A stretch of DNA of 61,598 nucleotides from positions 1-61,598 of the forward strand of contig JBJMXF010000108.1 of NCBI GenBank assembly GCA_045809725.1. Reading direction: 5' to 3'. The position numbers and the translations under genes were made by a program. This DNA comes from Candidatus Udaeobacter sp. (lineage in GTDB: Bacteria; Verrucomicrobiota; Verrucomicrobiia; Chthoniobacterales; UBA10450). Each line of letters begins with the position of its first letter. The stretch's first letter is position 1. Shown here in pieces: positions 16,586-26,619 of this stretch. The notes beneath the pieces are model-generated. The model was not told where the DNA came from. It worked only from the letters and a program-made list of their open reading frames with translations, and made no database searches.

Positions 16586-17137
16586 TTAAACCATGCCCAG
16601 CTTCATTCGGCCGGCTTCGCTGATCATGTTTTGGTTCCACGGCGGATCCCAAACGAGTTGCACATCGGCTTCATCGATACCGTCTATGCTTAGGATTTTG
16701 CTCTGCGCATCGTGCGCGATCGCGGGGCCCATTCCACAGCCAGGGGCGGTCAGAGTCATTTTTACTTCCACTCGTGTTCCGCCTTGTTCTTTTTTGATCA
16801 ACCGACAATCGTATACCAAACCGAGATCAACAATGTTAACGGGGATCTCGGGATCGTAACATTGGCGGAGTTGGTTCCAGACGTCTTCTTCTGAAACTTC
16901 GCCATTGGTAGGTGCAGATTTTTCCGTTGCCTGCGACTGCGGTTTTTCCAACCCGAGCGCGTCCAGGTCTTTCTCCGCCACTCGCGCGAGGCCTTGATAA
17001 GTTGCGACCGTGTAACTACCCCCGAGGCTCTGCGTGATGACGCCCTGCGTCCCAGCCGGAATGGTTGTCTTCTGGCCACTGGGAATCTGTATCGCCTCGC
17101 AGTCGCGGCTCAATGTGAATTCAGTGTTCTCGTACAT
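16586..17137 (-). CDS. sufT: SufT-like Fe-S assembly protein (long DUF59/MIP18 family)
   Basis: 183 aa. The DUF59 core is VWNQLRQCYDPEIPVNIVDLGLVYD...TLTAPGCGMG...WDPPWNQNMISEAGRMKLG. Confidence 0.8.
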   Translation of the reverse strand: MYENTEFTLSRDCEAIQIPSGQKTTIPAGTQGVITQSLGGSYTVATYQGLARVAEKDLDALGLEKPQSQATEKSAPTNGEVSEEDVWNQLRQCYDPEIPVNIVDLGLVYDCRLIKKEQGGTRVEVKMTLTAPGCGMGPAIAHDAQSKILSIDGIDEADVQLVWDPPWNQNMISEAGRMKLGMV

Positions 17138-17210
17138 GATTTTACCCTCCGTGGGTTAGTGTGGCACAAATGCAGTAAATGACGAAATCCGAATGACCGA
17201 TGACAACACG

Positions 17211-17301
17211 CTCATTCTGTCCGGAGCGCAGCGGAGTCGAAGAAACCCGCCGAACAATTTAAGGGCTCCATCACGGATTCCTCGACTTCGCTCGGCATGA
17301 C
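17211..17301. repeat. Palindromic intergenic element, family A
   Basis: CTCATTCTGTCCGGAGCGCAGCGGAGTCGAAGAAACCC is mirrored by CGGATTCCTCGACTTCGCTCGGCATGAC. The flanking motif GAAATCCGAATGAC (17184-17197) also occurs at 7666-7679. Confidence 0.8.
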
Positions 17302-17349
17302 CGCACTAGCGTAATTCCTTCGTCCTTCGGCATTCGTGCTTCGTCATCT

Positions 17350-18510
17350 CTAATACACATCCCGCTTGTAGCGCTTCTCGGTCTTTAACTTCTCAACGTA
17401 TTCGTTCGCTTGATCCATGGTCTTGCCGCCGTGTTCCTGGACAATGTTGCGCAGGGTTATATCCACGTCCTTGGCCATGCGGCGCGCATCACCGCACACG
17501 AAAAATTGGGCGCCCTCGGCGTCAATCCATTTCCAGATCTCGGCTGCATTCTCGGCCATTTTGTGCTGCACGTAGATTTTCTGATCCTGATCACGCGACC
17601 ACGCGCAATCCAGCCGAGTGAGAATTCCCTTTTTCATGAACACGTCGAAATCCTCCTCATAGGCGAAGTCGCATTTCACGTGCTGCGCTCCGAAGAACAG
17701 CCAGTTTTTCCCCCTCGCGCCGGTGACGTGCCGTTCTTGCAAAAACGCCCGAAATGGCGCGACCCCGGTCCCCGGTCCAACCATAATAATCGGCGTATCG
17801 GGATCTTCCGGCAGATGAAAATGTTTTGCGTTGCTGGGGAAAACCGGAATGGGCACGTCATCGGCGCGCTCGGCGAGAAATGAAGAAGCCACGCCCTTGC
17901 GGACGCGGCCATGACTCTCGTAACGAACTACGTCCACAATAAAATGCACCTGATCGGGAAATGCTTTGAGGCTCGAAGCGACTGAATAGAGTCGCGGCTG
18001 TAATTTGGAAAGCAGTCCCACAAATTCTTCCGGACTGAAGCGCGCCGACGGGTGTTCGACGAGAAAGTCGATAACCTCCATGCCCCAGAGATAGGTCTGC
18101 AAATCCTGTTTCCGGTCTGGGGCCAGAAGGTAATGAAGCGTTGGCGCTGCATCGGCGCGCTGTGCGAGCGCCTTTAAAAATTTCGGCGTCGGTTGAGTTA
18201 CACTGTAGTCGCGCAGCAATGCTTCCCGCAGCGATGTTGGGTCACCTTTCAGCCGTGGCACTTGTTCATCCCCAGTGGCGGCAAGCGCGTGAATAATTTC
18301 CTCCACCAGATCAGGATCGTTTGTTGGATACACCCCCACTGAATCGCCTACCTCGAAGTTCAGTCCCCACCCCGTCAGATCGAGTTCAAAATGGCGCGTG
18401 TCCTTTTCCGATTCCGGCCCGCTCAGCCGTCGGTTAACCAGCATTCTGGCGGGAAAAGGCTTGGTGCGCGAATATGGCAAGGCCGCAACAGTGGCAGTAG
18501 CTTCAGTCAT
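17350..18510 (-). CDS. CysJ/CPR-family FAD- and NADPH-binding oxidoreductase lacking the flavodoxin domain (sulfite reductase flavoprotein-like)
   Basis: RLYSVASS (FAD site), GPGTGVAPFR (NADPH site) and the C-terminal YKRDVY. The first ATG is at 18510; the track start at 18555 is GTG. Confidence 0.85.
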   Translation of the reverse strand: MTEATATVAALPYSRTKPFPARMLVNRRLSGPESEKDTRHFELDLTGWGLNFEVGDSVGVYPTNDPDLVEEIIHALAATGDEQVPRLKGDPTSLREALLRDYSVTQPTPKFLKALAQRADAAPTLHYLLAPDRKQDLQTYLWGMEVIDFLVEHPSARFSPEEFVGLLSKLQPRLYSVASSLKAFPDQVHFIVDVVRYESHGRVRKGVASSFLAERADDVPIPVFPSNAKHFHLPEDPDTPIIMVGPGTGVAPFRAFLQERHVTGARGKNWLFFGAQHVKCDFAYEEDFDVFMKKGILTRLDCAWSRDQDQKIYVQHKMAENAAEIWKWIDAEGAQFFVCGDARRMAKDVDITLRNIVQEHGGKTMDQANEYVEKLKTEKRYKRDVY

Positions 18511-18588
18511 AGCAGCATTTTTTAGCGGCGATTTGCAATCGCCGCAAATGTTCACCCGTTATTTGGAATCGAGAGCGTTCAGCAAACT

Positions 18589-20808
18589 TCACCTATTTTT
18601 TGAGGAACGTTTCGATCTTGGGATTGTCTTAGATCTCTCCGTGGACGGTGCGATCGCGAAGTCCACCTGCCGTTTGAAGACATCCACGCGCGCGACAAAA
18701 ACCGACAGCTTGTCGCCAGCCTTAAACCTTTTGCGTGACCTTCGGCCGATCAGCTGATGCCGCGCCGGTTCGAATACGTAGAAGTCATCTGTGAGCGATG
18801 AGACGTGGATAAGTCCGGTGATAAGAGCGTCGGGTAATTCGACTAGTAATCCGTAGTTCCGGACATCCACGACTGCCGCTGAAAAGATTTGCGGATTCCG
18901 GCCAGCGAGTTGCTGTTGGAAAAACTCGAGCTTTTTCATCTGCGCTGCGTCTATCTCCGCATCGGCCGCGTTTCGCTCGGTTGCTGAAATGTGTTCGGCG
19001 ATGGAAGCGATTTCCGCGATGCCAAGATGGTAGGGACGGCGCGCTGCGCCGTCCGGACGCCGCAGCGCGGCGTCCCTACCAAGCCCGCGGTGCACGACCA
19101 GATCGGCATATCGCCGAATCGGACTGGTGAAATGCAAGTAATTCGTCTTTGCCAAACCGTAGTGCCCGAGCGGCAGAGGATCGTAGCGAGCGCGTTTAAG
19201 ACTTTTAAGCAGACCGACCTTCAGCGCCTGCTCCTCCGGTTTTCCGCTGAGTTCTGCAAGCAATCGCTGCAATTCAGCGCGATGCATCAGGTCCCCAACT
19301 CTATAACCAAAGCTAAGCGCGAACTCACGGTACTCTGCGAGCTTTTCGGGATCAGGATTTTCGTGGACGCGGTAGACCGTTGGAATTGCGCGTTTTTTCA
19401 GTTCACGCGCCACCGCTTCATTTGCCACCAGCATGAATTCTTCGATCAATTGATGCGATTGATCGTTCTCGACACGCTCCAATTGAACCGGTTTTCCGTG
19501 CTCATCGACCCGGACTTTTACCTCTGGAAAATCAAGTTCCAGCGCGCCATGTTCGAATCGTTTTCGTCGCAATAGCGCGGCAAGCTCCCACGCAAGATGA
19601 AGCCGTTCCCCCAACTGATTCCGGGGTGGCGATGTTAGAATCGCGTATGCTTCTTTGTACGTAAGCCGGTGCGCACTGCGAATCACGCTTTGCGCAAAGC
19701 GCGCGCTCTTTGCCACGCCACGTTTGTCGAATTGAATAAAAACCGAGTGCGTGAGCCGATCGACTTTTGGCTTAAGGCTGCAAACACCGTTGCTCAACCG
19801 CTCTGGCAACATCGGGATGACGCGGTCAGGCAGATAAACACTGTTGCCGCGCAGCCGCGCCTCGCGGTCCAACGCGCTGCCGGGCTCCACGTATGCCGCA
19901 ACATCGGCGATGTGCACACCCAGCTGCCAACCGCCGTTTCCCAGCTTCTCCACGTTGATGGCATCGTCGAAATCGCGAGCGTCATCGGGATCGATGGTCA
20001 CGATGAATTGGTTCCGCAAATCTTCGCGTCCGGCGATTTGCTGCGCATCAACGGTTTCAGGAATACCCTCTGCCTGCTCCAACACATCTGTCGGAAAATT
20101 CGTAGGCAGATGATACTTCCGAATAATGGAAAGCACGTCTACGCCGGGCGCCGACGCCGGCCCGAGCACCTCGATAATTTCCCCCTCGGGATTTACATGG
20201 CGTGATTGCCAATCTTCGAGGCGCACCACAACCTTGTCACCAACTGCAGCGGCGGTTTCGGACCGGCGATCTTGCGGCTGCCCTGCTGGAGGGCCCACAT
20301 AAATATCGTGCACAAACCGCGGATCATCGGGCACCACGTAATAAAAATTCCGGGACCGTTGCAGCGTGCCCACGACCGTATCGTGAGCACGTTCCAAGAT
20401 TCGAATTACCCGCCCTTCGCGCCGTCCCTTTATCCGCCCGGCCGGTGCTTCGGGCGATAGCCGGGCAACGACACGATCGCCATGCATCGCTGTGCCGACG
20501 TTTTCTGCCGCAATGAAAACGTCGGCCTCGCCTGATTTTTCGGACGTGAGAAATCCGTACCCCACTGGATGAACTGACAATTTTCCGGTCACCAAGTCGG
20601 CCTCTGCCGGCAGGACGTAACAATCCTTACGAATGCGTGCGATTTCGCCAGCGCGTTCGAGGTCGCGCAGGGTTTTGCGCAAAGCGACTCGTGCCCCCCC
20701 GCTTACGCCAACTTTCTTCGCGATCTCGTTCTTGTTAAGCGGCCGGTAATCTTTCCTGGATAGCAGCGCGAGAATTTGTTCTCTGATCTTGGTTTCGTTT
20801 ACGTTCAC
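18589..20808 (-). CDS. rnr: Ribonuclease R
   Basis: 739 aa. N-terminal wHTH and cold-shock-like region, an RNB domain (DPDDARDFDDAI, HIADVA, YLPDRVIPMLP), a C-terminal S1 domain and a basic tail. GTG start. Confidence 0.95.
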   Translation of the reverse strand: MNVNETKIREQILALLSRKDYRPLNKNEIAKKVGVSGGARVALRKTLRDLERAGEIARIRKDCYVLPAEADLVTGKLSVHPVGYGFLTSEKSGEADVFIAAENVGTAMHGDRVVARLSPEAPAGRIKGRREGRVIRILERAHDTVVGTLQRSRNFYYVVPDDPRFVHDIYVGPPAGQPQDRRSETAAAVGDKVVVRLEDWQSRHVNPEGEIIEVLGPASAPGVDVLSIIRKYHLPTNFPTDVLEQAEGIPETVDAQQIAGREDLRNQFIVTIDPDDARDFDDAINVEKLGNGGWQLGVHIADVAAYVEPGSALDREARLRGNSVYLPDRVIPMLPERLSNGVCSLKPKVDRLTHSVFIQFDKRGVAKSARFAQSVIRSAHRLTYKEAYAILTSPPRNQLGERLHLAWELAALLRRKRFEHGALELDFPEVKVRVDEHGKPVQLERVENDQSHQLIEEFMLVANEAVARELKKRAIPTVYRVHENPDPEKLAEYREFALSFGYRVGDLMHRAELQRLLAELSGKPEEQALKVGLLKSLKRARYDPLPLGHYGLAKTNYLHFTSPIRRYADLVVHRGLGRDAALRRPDGAARRPYHLGIAEIASIAEHISATERNAADAEIDAAQMKKLEFFQQQLAGRNPQIFSAAVVDVRNYGLLVELPDALITGLIHVSSLTDDFYVFEPARHQLIGRRSRKRFKAGDKLSVFVARVDVFKRQVDFAIAPSTERSKTIPRSKRSSKNR

Positions 20809-21057
20809 TTGGGTAAAACAATATGCTCAGGTTTGTCGGTTTAGCGCGATTTCAATCGGGAGGTGTGGCAATACAAAAGCTGAATGACGCCGCGATGAAA
20901 CGTCACGTCATCGCCCAAGCCGAGCTCGTGGTACACTACGCAACAAGGTACCGCGCACCTTTGGCTGACAGCCGAGTTGTTACATCGCAAGCGCCACGCA
21001 TGCGTTACTGGTGGCGCGCCTTCGAATAAAGCTTCCCCTGTGTTAGTCTCACTCGTA

Positions 21058-21909
21058 ATGCGCGAGAGGATCTGGAAAGTTGGTAACCGAGTACTGGATG
21101 TCTCCCGCCATGGGTTGATCATGGGCGTGTTAAACGTAACGCCGGATTCATTTTCGGATGGCGACGAATTTCTCTCAACAGAAAAAGCAACAGAACGCGG
21201 CTTACAAATGGCAGCGGAAGGCGCTCACATCATCGACGTCGGCGGCGAATCGACGCGTCCTGGCTCGCAACCGATCACTGCTGACGAAGAACTTCGACGC
21301 GTGCTTCCGGTGATAGAAGATCTACGTCGCAAGCTTGACGTCACCATTTCAATCGACACGTCGAAAGCGGAGGTGGCGCGCGCGGCAATCGACGCGGGCG
21401 CTTCGGTTGTGAACGACATTACGGGCGGGCGAGGAGACGAACAAATGCTGCCGCTCGTTGCCGAAACCAAATCGGGGCTCATCATCATGCACATGCAAGG
21501 AACGCCTCCCATCATGCAGCTCCAGCCGCGGTACGCCGACGTCGTTGCAGAAATTTCTGAAATTTTTCGACAACAATATGCCCGCGCCATAGGTTCAAAC
21601 ATTGATCCCATGGCGATTGCGTTTGATCCGGGCATTGGTTTCGGGAAAACGCTCGAACACAACCTCGAATTGCTCGCGCAGTTAGAACGGCTGCGCACGC
21701 AGGATCGACCTTTGGTTGTTGGTGTTTCGCGCAAATCGTTCCTCGGCAAGTTGATCGGATCGCCGGAGATCAGGGACCGGCTCGTACCCGGCGCCGCGCT
21801 GACTGCGATCTTGCGTGCACGAGGTGCGGACGTGTTCCGCGTCCATGATGTTAAGGAGAATGTGTATGCGTTGCGGATAACAGAAGCGCTTTTGCAGAGG
21901 GCAAAATGA
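21058..21909 (+). CDS. folP: Dihydropteroate synthase
   Basis: GVLNVTPDSFSDGD, IIDVGGESTRPG and DPGIGFGK. The ATG at 21058 is preferred over the track start at 20977. The stop overlaps the cdaA start (ATGA). Confidence 0.93.
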   Translation: MRERIWKVGNRVLDVSRHGLIMGVLNVTPDSFSDGDEFLSTEKATERGLQMAAEGAHIIDVGGESTRPGSQPITADEELRRVLPVIEDLRRKLDVTISIDTSKAEVARAAIDAGASVVNDITGGRGDEQMLPLVAETKSGLIIMHMQGTPPIMQLQPRYADVVAEISEIFRQQYARAIGSNIDPMAIAFDPGIGFGKTLEHNLELLAQLERLRTQDRPLVVGVSRKSFLGKLIGSPEIRDRLVPGAALTAILRARGADVFRVHDVKENVYALRITEALLQRAK

Positions 21910-22781
21910 TCGAGCAAATCACTGATCTCTGGTTAAAAGGCTGGCGCAGCCTGGTCGAGATCCTTCTGCTGTGGGTCGCTATCTATTACGGCTATCTGTA
22001 CTTCCGCGGAACACGCGGCGCGAAAGTCTTGACAGGATTGGCGATTGTTTTTCTGACGCTGACCCTGATCTCCACCCTGCTGAATTTGGTAGTGATTGGC
22101 TGGATCGTCCGGAGTTTCTCAGTCTTCCTCGCCATTGCGTTGGTGGTGATTTTTCAGCCCGAGCTGCGACGTGGTCTGGCCGCGCTTGGCGGACATCCGA
22201 TTTTTTCACTCACAAGCGAAAGACGAGAAACCGTTCATGATCTGGCAGAAGCGGTGACGCAGTTGGCAAACAAACAGTACGGCGCGCTGATCGCGATCGA
22301 GCGCGACACCTCGATTCGCGTCTACGAGGAAACCGGTGTCATTATCGACGGGGAGTTTTCTGTTGAGTTAATCCTTACGATCTTTCATCCAAAAGCCGCA
22401 TTGCATGATGGCGGAGTGATCATTCGTAATGGACGAATTGCAGCTGCGGCCTGCATCTTTCCTGTGAGCCAGCGGGAAACATTGGATCGCAGCCTGGGAT
22501 TACGTCACCGCGCCGGACTCGGGATAACCGAGGAATCGGATGCCGTCGCTGTCGTGGTCTCGGAAGAAACCGGCGCTATTTCCATTTGTCACCGGCGCCG
22601 AATTGAGCGCAATTTCACTCCAGAGACCTTCCGTCAGCGCATTTCCGAGATTTTATTGCACAGCAAATATGAAGAGAGTGATCCTGAAAAACTGGCACGC
22701 GAAGTTGATCTCGCTTCTCCTGGCGACGACGCTTTGGTTCCTGGTCAAAAAGAACGTAGCGACGACGCCGTCGCCGTCTGA
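21906..22781 (+). CDS. cdaA: Diadenylate cyclase CdaA (membrane-anchored DAC domain)
   Basis: Three N-terminal TM segments, then ALHDGGVIIRNGRIAAAACIFPVS and LGLRHRAGLGITEESDAVAVVVSEETGAISI (DisA_N/DAC motifs). Confidence 0.92.
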   Translation: MIEQITDLWLKGWRSLVEILLLWVAIYYGYLYFRGTRGAKVLTGLAIVFLTLTLISTLLNLVVIGWIVRSFSVFLAIALVVIFQPELRRGLAALGGHPIFSLTSERRETVHDLAEAVTQLANKQYGALIAIERDTSIRVYEETGVIIDGEFSVELILTIFHPKAALHDGGVIIRNGRIAAAACIFPVSQRETLDRSLGLRHRAGLGITEESDAVAVVVSEETGAISICHRRRIERNFTPETFRQRISEILLHSKYEESDPEKLAREVDLASPGDDALVPGQKERSDDAVAV

Positions 22782-22833
22782 AAGGCCCTATCGGCCGCCA
22801 GATAACGGAAGCGCGGTAAGAGCTCTGCCGTGA
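22669..22833 (+). CDS. 54-aa CdaR/YbbR-like N-terminal stub (TM helix only)
   Basis: MKRVILKNWHAKLISLLLATTLWFLV matches the characteristic N-terminal anchor of YbbR/CdaR proteins, but no YbbR domains follow. The ATG lies inside the cdaA 3-prime end, giving a 113-nt out-of-frame overlap. Confidence 0.4.
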   Translation: MKRVILKNWHAKLISLLLATTLWFLVKKNVATTPSPSERPYRPPDNGSAVRALP

Positions 22834-22878
22834 CTACGCCGCGTCCCAACCATCGCTTTAACAAGATTGTAAGAGATT

Positions 22879-22901
22879 AACCACCTCAAGGTTTGGTGGT
22901 T
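22879..22901. terminator. Hairpin between convergent genes
   Basis: AACCACC-TCAAGGTTT-GGTGGTT (7-bp stem) lies between the cdaA/stub end and the SprT-like gene end. There is no clear U-tract. Confidence 0.35.
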
Positions 22902-22923
22902 GCAATTCCAGTAGAGTGGATTG

Positions 22924-23391
22924 TCAGCGCAGAAATCGCGACAGATTCGCTTCTTCCCAGCGGCGCGCGCGCCGGTAACCGGGAAATTCACGCTCGCGAC
23001 GATTGAATTCTTCGGTGTGAACTCGGCGGCGGTTTCGTGGGAGCGTTTCATCCGGCACAACCGAGTGCAACATTTCGTGGTAAAGGACATATCGCAAAAA
23101 CCACGACGGCACGAACGGCTGGTCCAGCGCAGGATTGATCCGAATCACCCGATCTTCTTCCTGAATTGTGCCAAAAACGAATTGTTCTCTCGGTCGATGT
23201 TTCCGCCGGCGTCCCCATTCGACTTTGTAGCCGCGAAGGCGGTTTCGAAAGTGTCGTTGGTTTAGATCATCAAAGATCGCGCGCAGATCGAAGTGCGTTC
23301 CTTCGTGGCGCAAATTTAATTGTTGCTGCATCGGCAACTGAGGGTGCGCCAGTTTTCGCTTGGTTGTTTTCTTTCTCCTACCCATTGCCAT
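22924..23391 (-). CDS. SprT-like zinc metallopeptidase-fold protein
   Basis: HExxH motif in YVLYHEMLHSVVPD, and a basic N-terminus. The ATG at 23391 is preferred; the track start at 23451 is TTG. Confidence 0.6.
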   Translation of the reverse strand: MAMGRRKKTTKRKLAHPQLPMQQQLNLRHEGTHFDLRAIFDDLNQRHFRNRLRGYKVEWGRRRKHRPREQFVFGTIQEEDRVIRINPALDQPFVPSWFLRYVLYHEMLHSVVPDETLPRNRRRVHTEEFNRREREFPGYRRARRWEEANLSRFLR

Positions 23392-23694
23392 GCTCCGATA
23401 ATCAAAAGCGACAGGGGTAATGTAGTGGCCTCTCAATGTAGTGACAAGCAAAGCCCCTATTTTGACTCGGAATAGTTATAAATCACTCGGCCGAAAGCGT
23501 TAACAAAGACCCCGGGGCAAAGCAAGGCAGAGCTTAGCCCTGCCGGGCTCAAGCTTGAACTACGAAATTTTTCTCTCCCGTAAAGAGTTTCCTAGTCACG
23601 CAATCTTGAGATTCAAAATTTTGCGGCGAACGCAAACCGCGTGTAATCGTTCTAACCTTCCGAAAAGATCATTGAACCCGATCAAAAACAGCGA

Positions 23695-24807
23695 ATGACG
23701 CCTTTTCTCAGAAAATTGCTTGGTCAAAATTGGGTTTTATTGCTGGTCATGCTGGCCTTGGCTGTGTTTGGGGTCGTGGCGATTTACAGCGCGACCTCCA
23801 CGCGCAGCGATCCATATGCCGCCGACTTCTGGCGCAAACAAGCAAACTGGGTGGCCGTCGGAGTCTTCGCGTTCATGGCAACCAGTTTGGTCCACTACCG
23901 GTGGATTCGCTGGGGCGCCCTCCCGATGTACCTGGCGGGCATTGTGTTTCTAATCTTGACGAAGTTTATAGGCGTCAAGGTTTATGGAGCGCGCAGTTGG
24001 CTGCATTTGGGGCCTATCAATTTTCAGCCCGCGCAGCTTGCGGTTGTTGCAGGGATTATGGTGTTGGCGCTGTTCCTGACCCAGTTTCGCCAAATGCATC
24101 CCGCGCTGCGTTTGCTGCTGTCGGGAGCGATTGCAGGAGCACCATGTCTTTTGATCCTCATGCAACCAGACTTGGGCGAAGTCATCATCTGGGTGCCTGT
24201 GATGTTTGCATTGTGGTTCGTCGCCGGTCTACCGCTGCGTTATTTAGTTTGCATCATTCTCATCGCGATCGCTTTCATCCCGATCGCCATTAATTTCGGC
24301 CTTAAACCTTACCAGCAACAGCGGATCACTGCTTTTACCCATCCCGATATCGACAAGCAGGGTTCGGCTTGGGCGATCAATCAATCATTGATTGCGATTG
24401 GCTCAGGAGGCTGGTCCGGAAAAGGGTTCAAAGCGCCGAATACCCAGATCGAGCTTGGCTTTCTGCCGGCGACAGCTGTGCACAATGACTACATTTTCTC
24501 GGCCGTCGCGGAGCAATGGGGGTTTATCGGGGCAACAATTCTCATCGGCGCGTTTGCGTTGCTTTTGTTAACGTGTCTTTTCGTCGCATTTTTCGCCGGA
24601 GACCAATTGGGTCTTCTTCTCGTCATAGGCGTCACTGCGCTAATCTTCACGCACATCTTCCAAAATATAGGAATGACAATCGCCATGCTGCCGATCACCG
24701 GCGTGCCATTGCCATTAATCAGCTACAGCGGCTCGTTTGTCTTAGTGATCATGTTCGGCCTGGGCCTGGTGAACAGCGTCTGGATTCATCGCAACGTTCC
24801 CGCGTAA
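23695..24807 (+). CDS. rodA: SEDS-family peptidoglycan glycosyltransferase RodA/FtsW
   Basis: 370 aa, about 10 TM segments. Motifs QPAQLAVVAGIMVLA, PDLGEVIIW, GWSGKGF and LPITGVPLPLISYSGS. Confidence 0.9.
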   Translation: MTPFLRKLLGQNWVLLLVMLALAVFGVVAIYSATSTRSDPYAADFWRKQANWVAVGVFAFMATSLVHYRWIRWGALPMYLAGIVFLILTKFIGVKVYGARSWLHLGPINFQPAQLAVVAGIMVLALFLTQFRQMHPALRLLLSGAIAGAPCLLILMQPDLGEVIIWVPVMFALWFVAGLPLRYLVCIILIAIAFIPIAINFGLKPYQQQRITAFTHPDIDKQGSAWAINQSLIAIGSGGWSGKGFKAPNTQIELGFLPATAVHNDYIFSAVAEQWGFIGATILIGAFALLLLTCLFVAFFAGDQLGLLLVIGVTALIFTHIFQNIGMTIAMLPITGVPLPLISYSGSFVLVIMFGLGLVNSVWIHRNVPA

Positions 24808-24916
24808 CGATACCATTAGGTCACGACTAGCGGGTCTGCGTCGTGTTCTCGCCGTCGCTGTTGTTGAAACGATTTACTTTGCTTCGTGCTTGCCTGTAGA
24901 GTCGGGCCGCGCAGAG

Positions 24917-25642
24917 ATGGACGCCGACTACAAAGTAAAACTCGAGGTCTTCGAAGGCCCGCTCGACCTGTTGCTATACCTGATCAAACAGGACGAAATC
25001 GATATCTACGATATTTCGCTCGAGCGGATCACCAGCCAGTACCTCGAGTATCTGCAAGCATTCAAAGAGCTGAACATTGAGCTGGCGGGCGAATTCATCG
25101 TCATGGCGGCCAACCTGATTTACCTAAAGAGCCGAAGTCTGCTGCCGCGCGATCAGCAACCTCCCGAAGAAGATGCAGCGGAGGACGACCCCCGTTGGGA
25201 ACTAATTCGGCAACTCATCGAGTATAAAAAATTCAAGGAAGCCGCCGCGGAACTCAATCTGCGCGCGCTGAAACAAGAAAGGATCTTTATCCGCGAGGCT
25301 CCATCCTCATCAGAACTGCAGGAACCGCTGCGCCTGGGCGAAGTGGGAATTTTTCAGCTCATCAGTGCATTCCAAACCGTGATAAAACGAATGGAAGCGC
25401 GCCAGGACACGCAGGAAATCTTCAGTGAACGTTTTAGCGTGTCGGAGAAAATCGAATCGATTTTGCAGCGCGTCGCGACCGGCGCTCGCTTTCGCTTTTC
25501 TGACTTGTTTAGCGACGCGGCATCCAGAATCGAAGTGGTTGTCACGTTTCTCGCGCTGCTCGAATTAATCAGACTGAAACAAGTCCGGGCCTTTCAAAAA
25601 AACGTGTTTGAAGAAATTGAAATCACGGCCGCCACGGCTTAA
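24917..25642 (+). CDS. scpA: Segregation and condensation protein A
   Basis: KLEVFEGPLDLLLYLIKQDEIDIYDISLERITSQYLEYL is the canonical ScpA N-terminus. The ATG at 24917 is preferred; the track start at 24890 is TTG. Confidence 0.9.
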   Translation: MDADYKVKLEVFEGPLDLLLYLIKQDEIDIYDISLERITSQYLEYLQAFKELNIELAGEFIVMAANLIYLKSRSLLPRDQQPPEEDAAEDDPRWELIRQLIEYKKFKEAAAELNLRALKQERIFIREAPSSSELQEPLRLGEVGIFQLISAFQTVIKRMEARQDTQEIFSERFSVSEKIESILQRVATGARFRFSDLFSDAASRIEVVVTFLALLELIRLKQVRAFQKNVFEEIEITAATA

Positions 25643-25731
25643 GCCGGAAGCCGTTGTGCGTACCCGGTCCTCAGCGCATCGGACATCGCGCATTGGATAA
25701 TCCGCTGAGGACAGCGGATTCTACAGGAATC

Positions 25732-26619
25732 ATGCGGCGAATTCTGATCGGAGGATGTGGTTACGTCGGGGAAGCGACCGCCGATTTGTTTCATTCGAAC
25801 GGCTGGGAGGTTGAAGGCTGGGTGCACTCGAATGACTCCGCAGCGCGACTTTCAGTGAAGCCTTATTGCGTCCGCGCGATTGATGTCTCACAAGAGTGTG
25901 ACGTTGCTAAACGCGCAGGAGAATTCGATGCAGTCATCCATTGCGCGAGTTCCGGTGGTGGTGGTGCGGAAGCCTATCGTGAGATTTATCTGAACGGTGC
26001 GCGCCATCTGCTCGAAACTTTTCCCAGGGCAAAAACTCTGTTCACAAGCAGCACGAGTGTTTATGCGCAGCGCGACGGCTCGACGGTAACGGAAGAGAGC
26101 GAGACAAAACCACTGCGAGACACCAGCCGGATCCTCTTGGAAGCGGAACAGTTAGTCCTCGAAAAAGGCGGGATTATAGCGCGGCTCGCCGGGATCTACG
26201 GGCCTCGACGTTCTGCCATGTTGAGCAAATTTCTAAACGGCACGGCGACGATCGATCCCAACAACCACCGCTTCGTTAATCAAGTTCATCGGGACGATAT
26301 CGCGTCCGCGCTCTTTCTTTTGTTAAGCGGAGAAGCAGAGACATCCGCACAGATTTATAACGTCGTTGACGACCAACCGCTTTTGCAAAGCGAATGCTAT
26401 CGCTGGCTTGCCCAAAGGCTGAATCGTCCTGTTCCGCCGGAAAGGAAATCCAAACAACCGCGCAAACGCGGGGACACCAACAAACGTGTGAGCAACACCA
26501 AGCTACATCAGTTAGGCTGGACTCCGGTTTATCCAACCTTTGCCGACGGGATGGAAAAAAGCGTGCTACCGAGTTTCGCAGAAACCTCGCCAGCGCGTCC
26601 TATTAACACCAGGATTTAG
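25732..26619 (+). CDS. NAD(P)-dependent epimerase/dehydratase (extended SDR) family protein
   Basis: Rossmann motif ILIGGCGYVGEATA directly after the ATG at 25732, with YxxxK-type SDR architecture. The last about 5 codons and the TAG stop lie inside repeat C2. Confidence 0.8.
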   Translation: MRRILIGGCGYVGEATADLFHSNGWEVEGWVHSNDSAARLSVKPYCVRAIDVSQECDVAKRAGEFDAVIHCASSGGGGAEAYREIYLNGARHLLETFPRAKTLFTSSTSVYAQRDGSTVTEESETKPLRDTSRILLEAEQLVLEKGGIIARLAGIYGPRRSAMLSKFLNGTATIDPNNHRFVNQVHRDDIASALFLLLSGEAETSAQIYNVVDDQPLLQSECYRWLAQRLNRPVPPERKSKQPRKRGDTNKRVSNTKLHQLGWTPVYPTFADGMEKSVLPSFAETSPARPINTRI

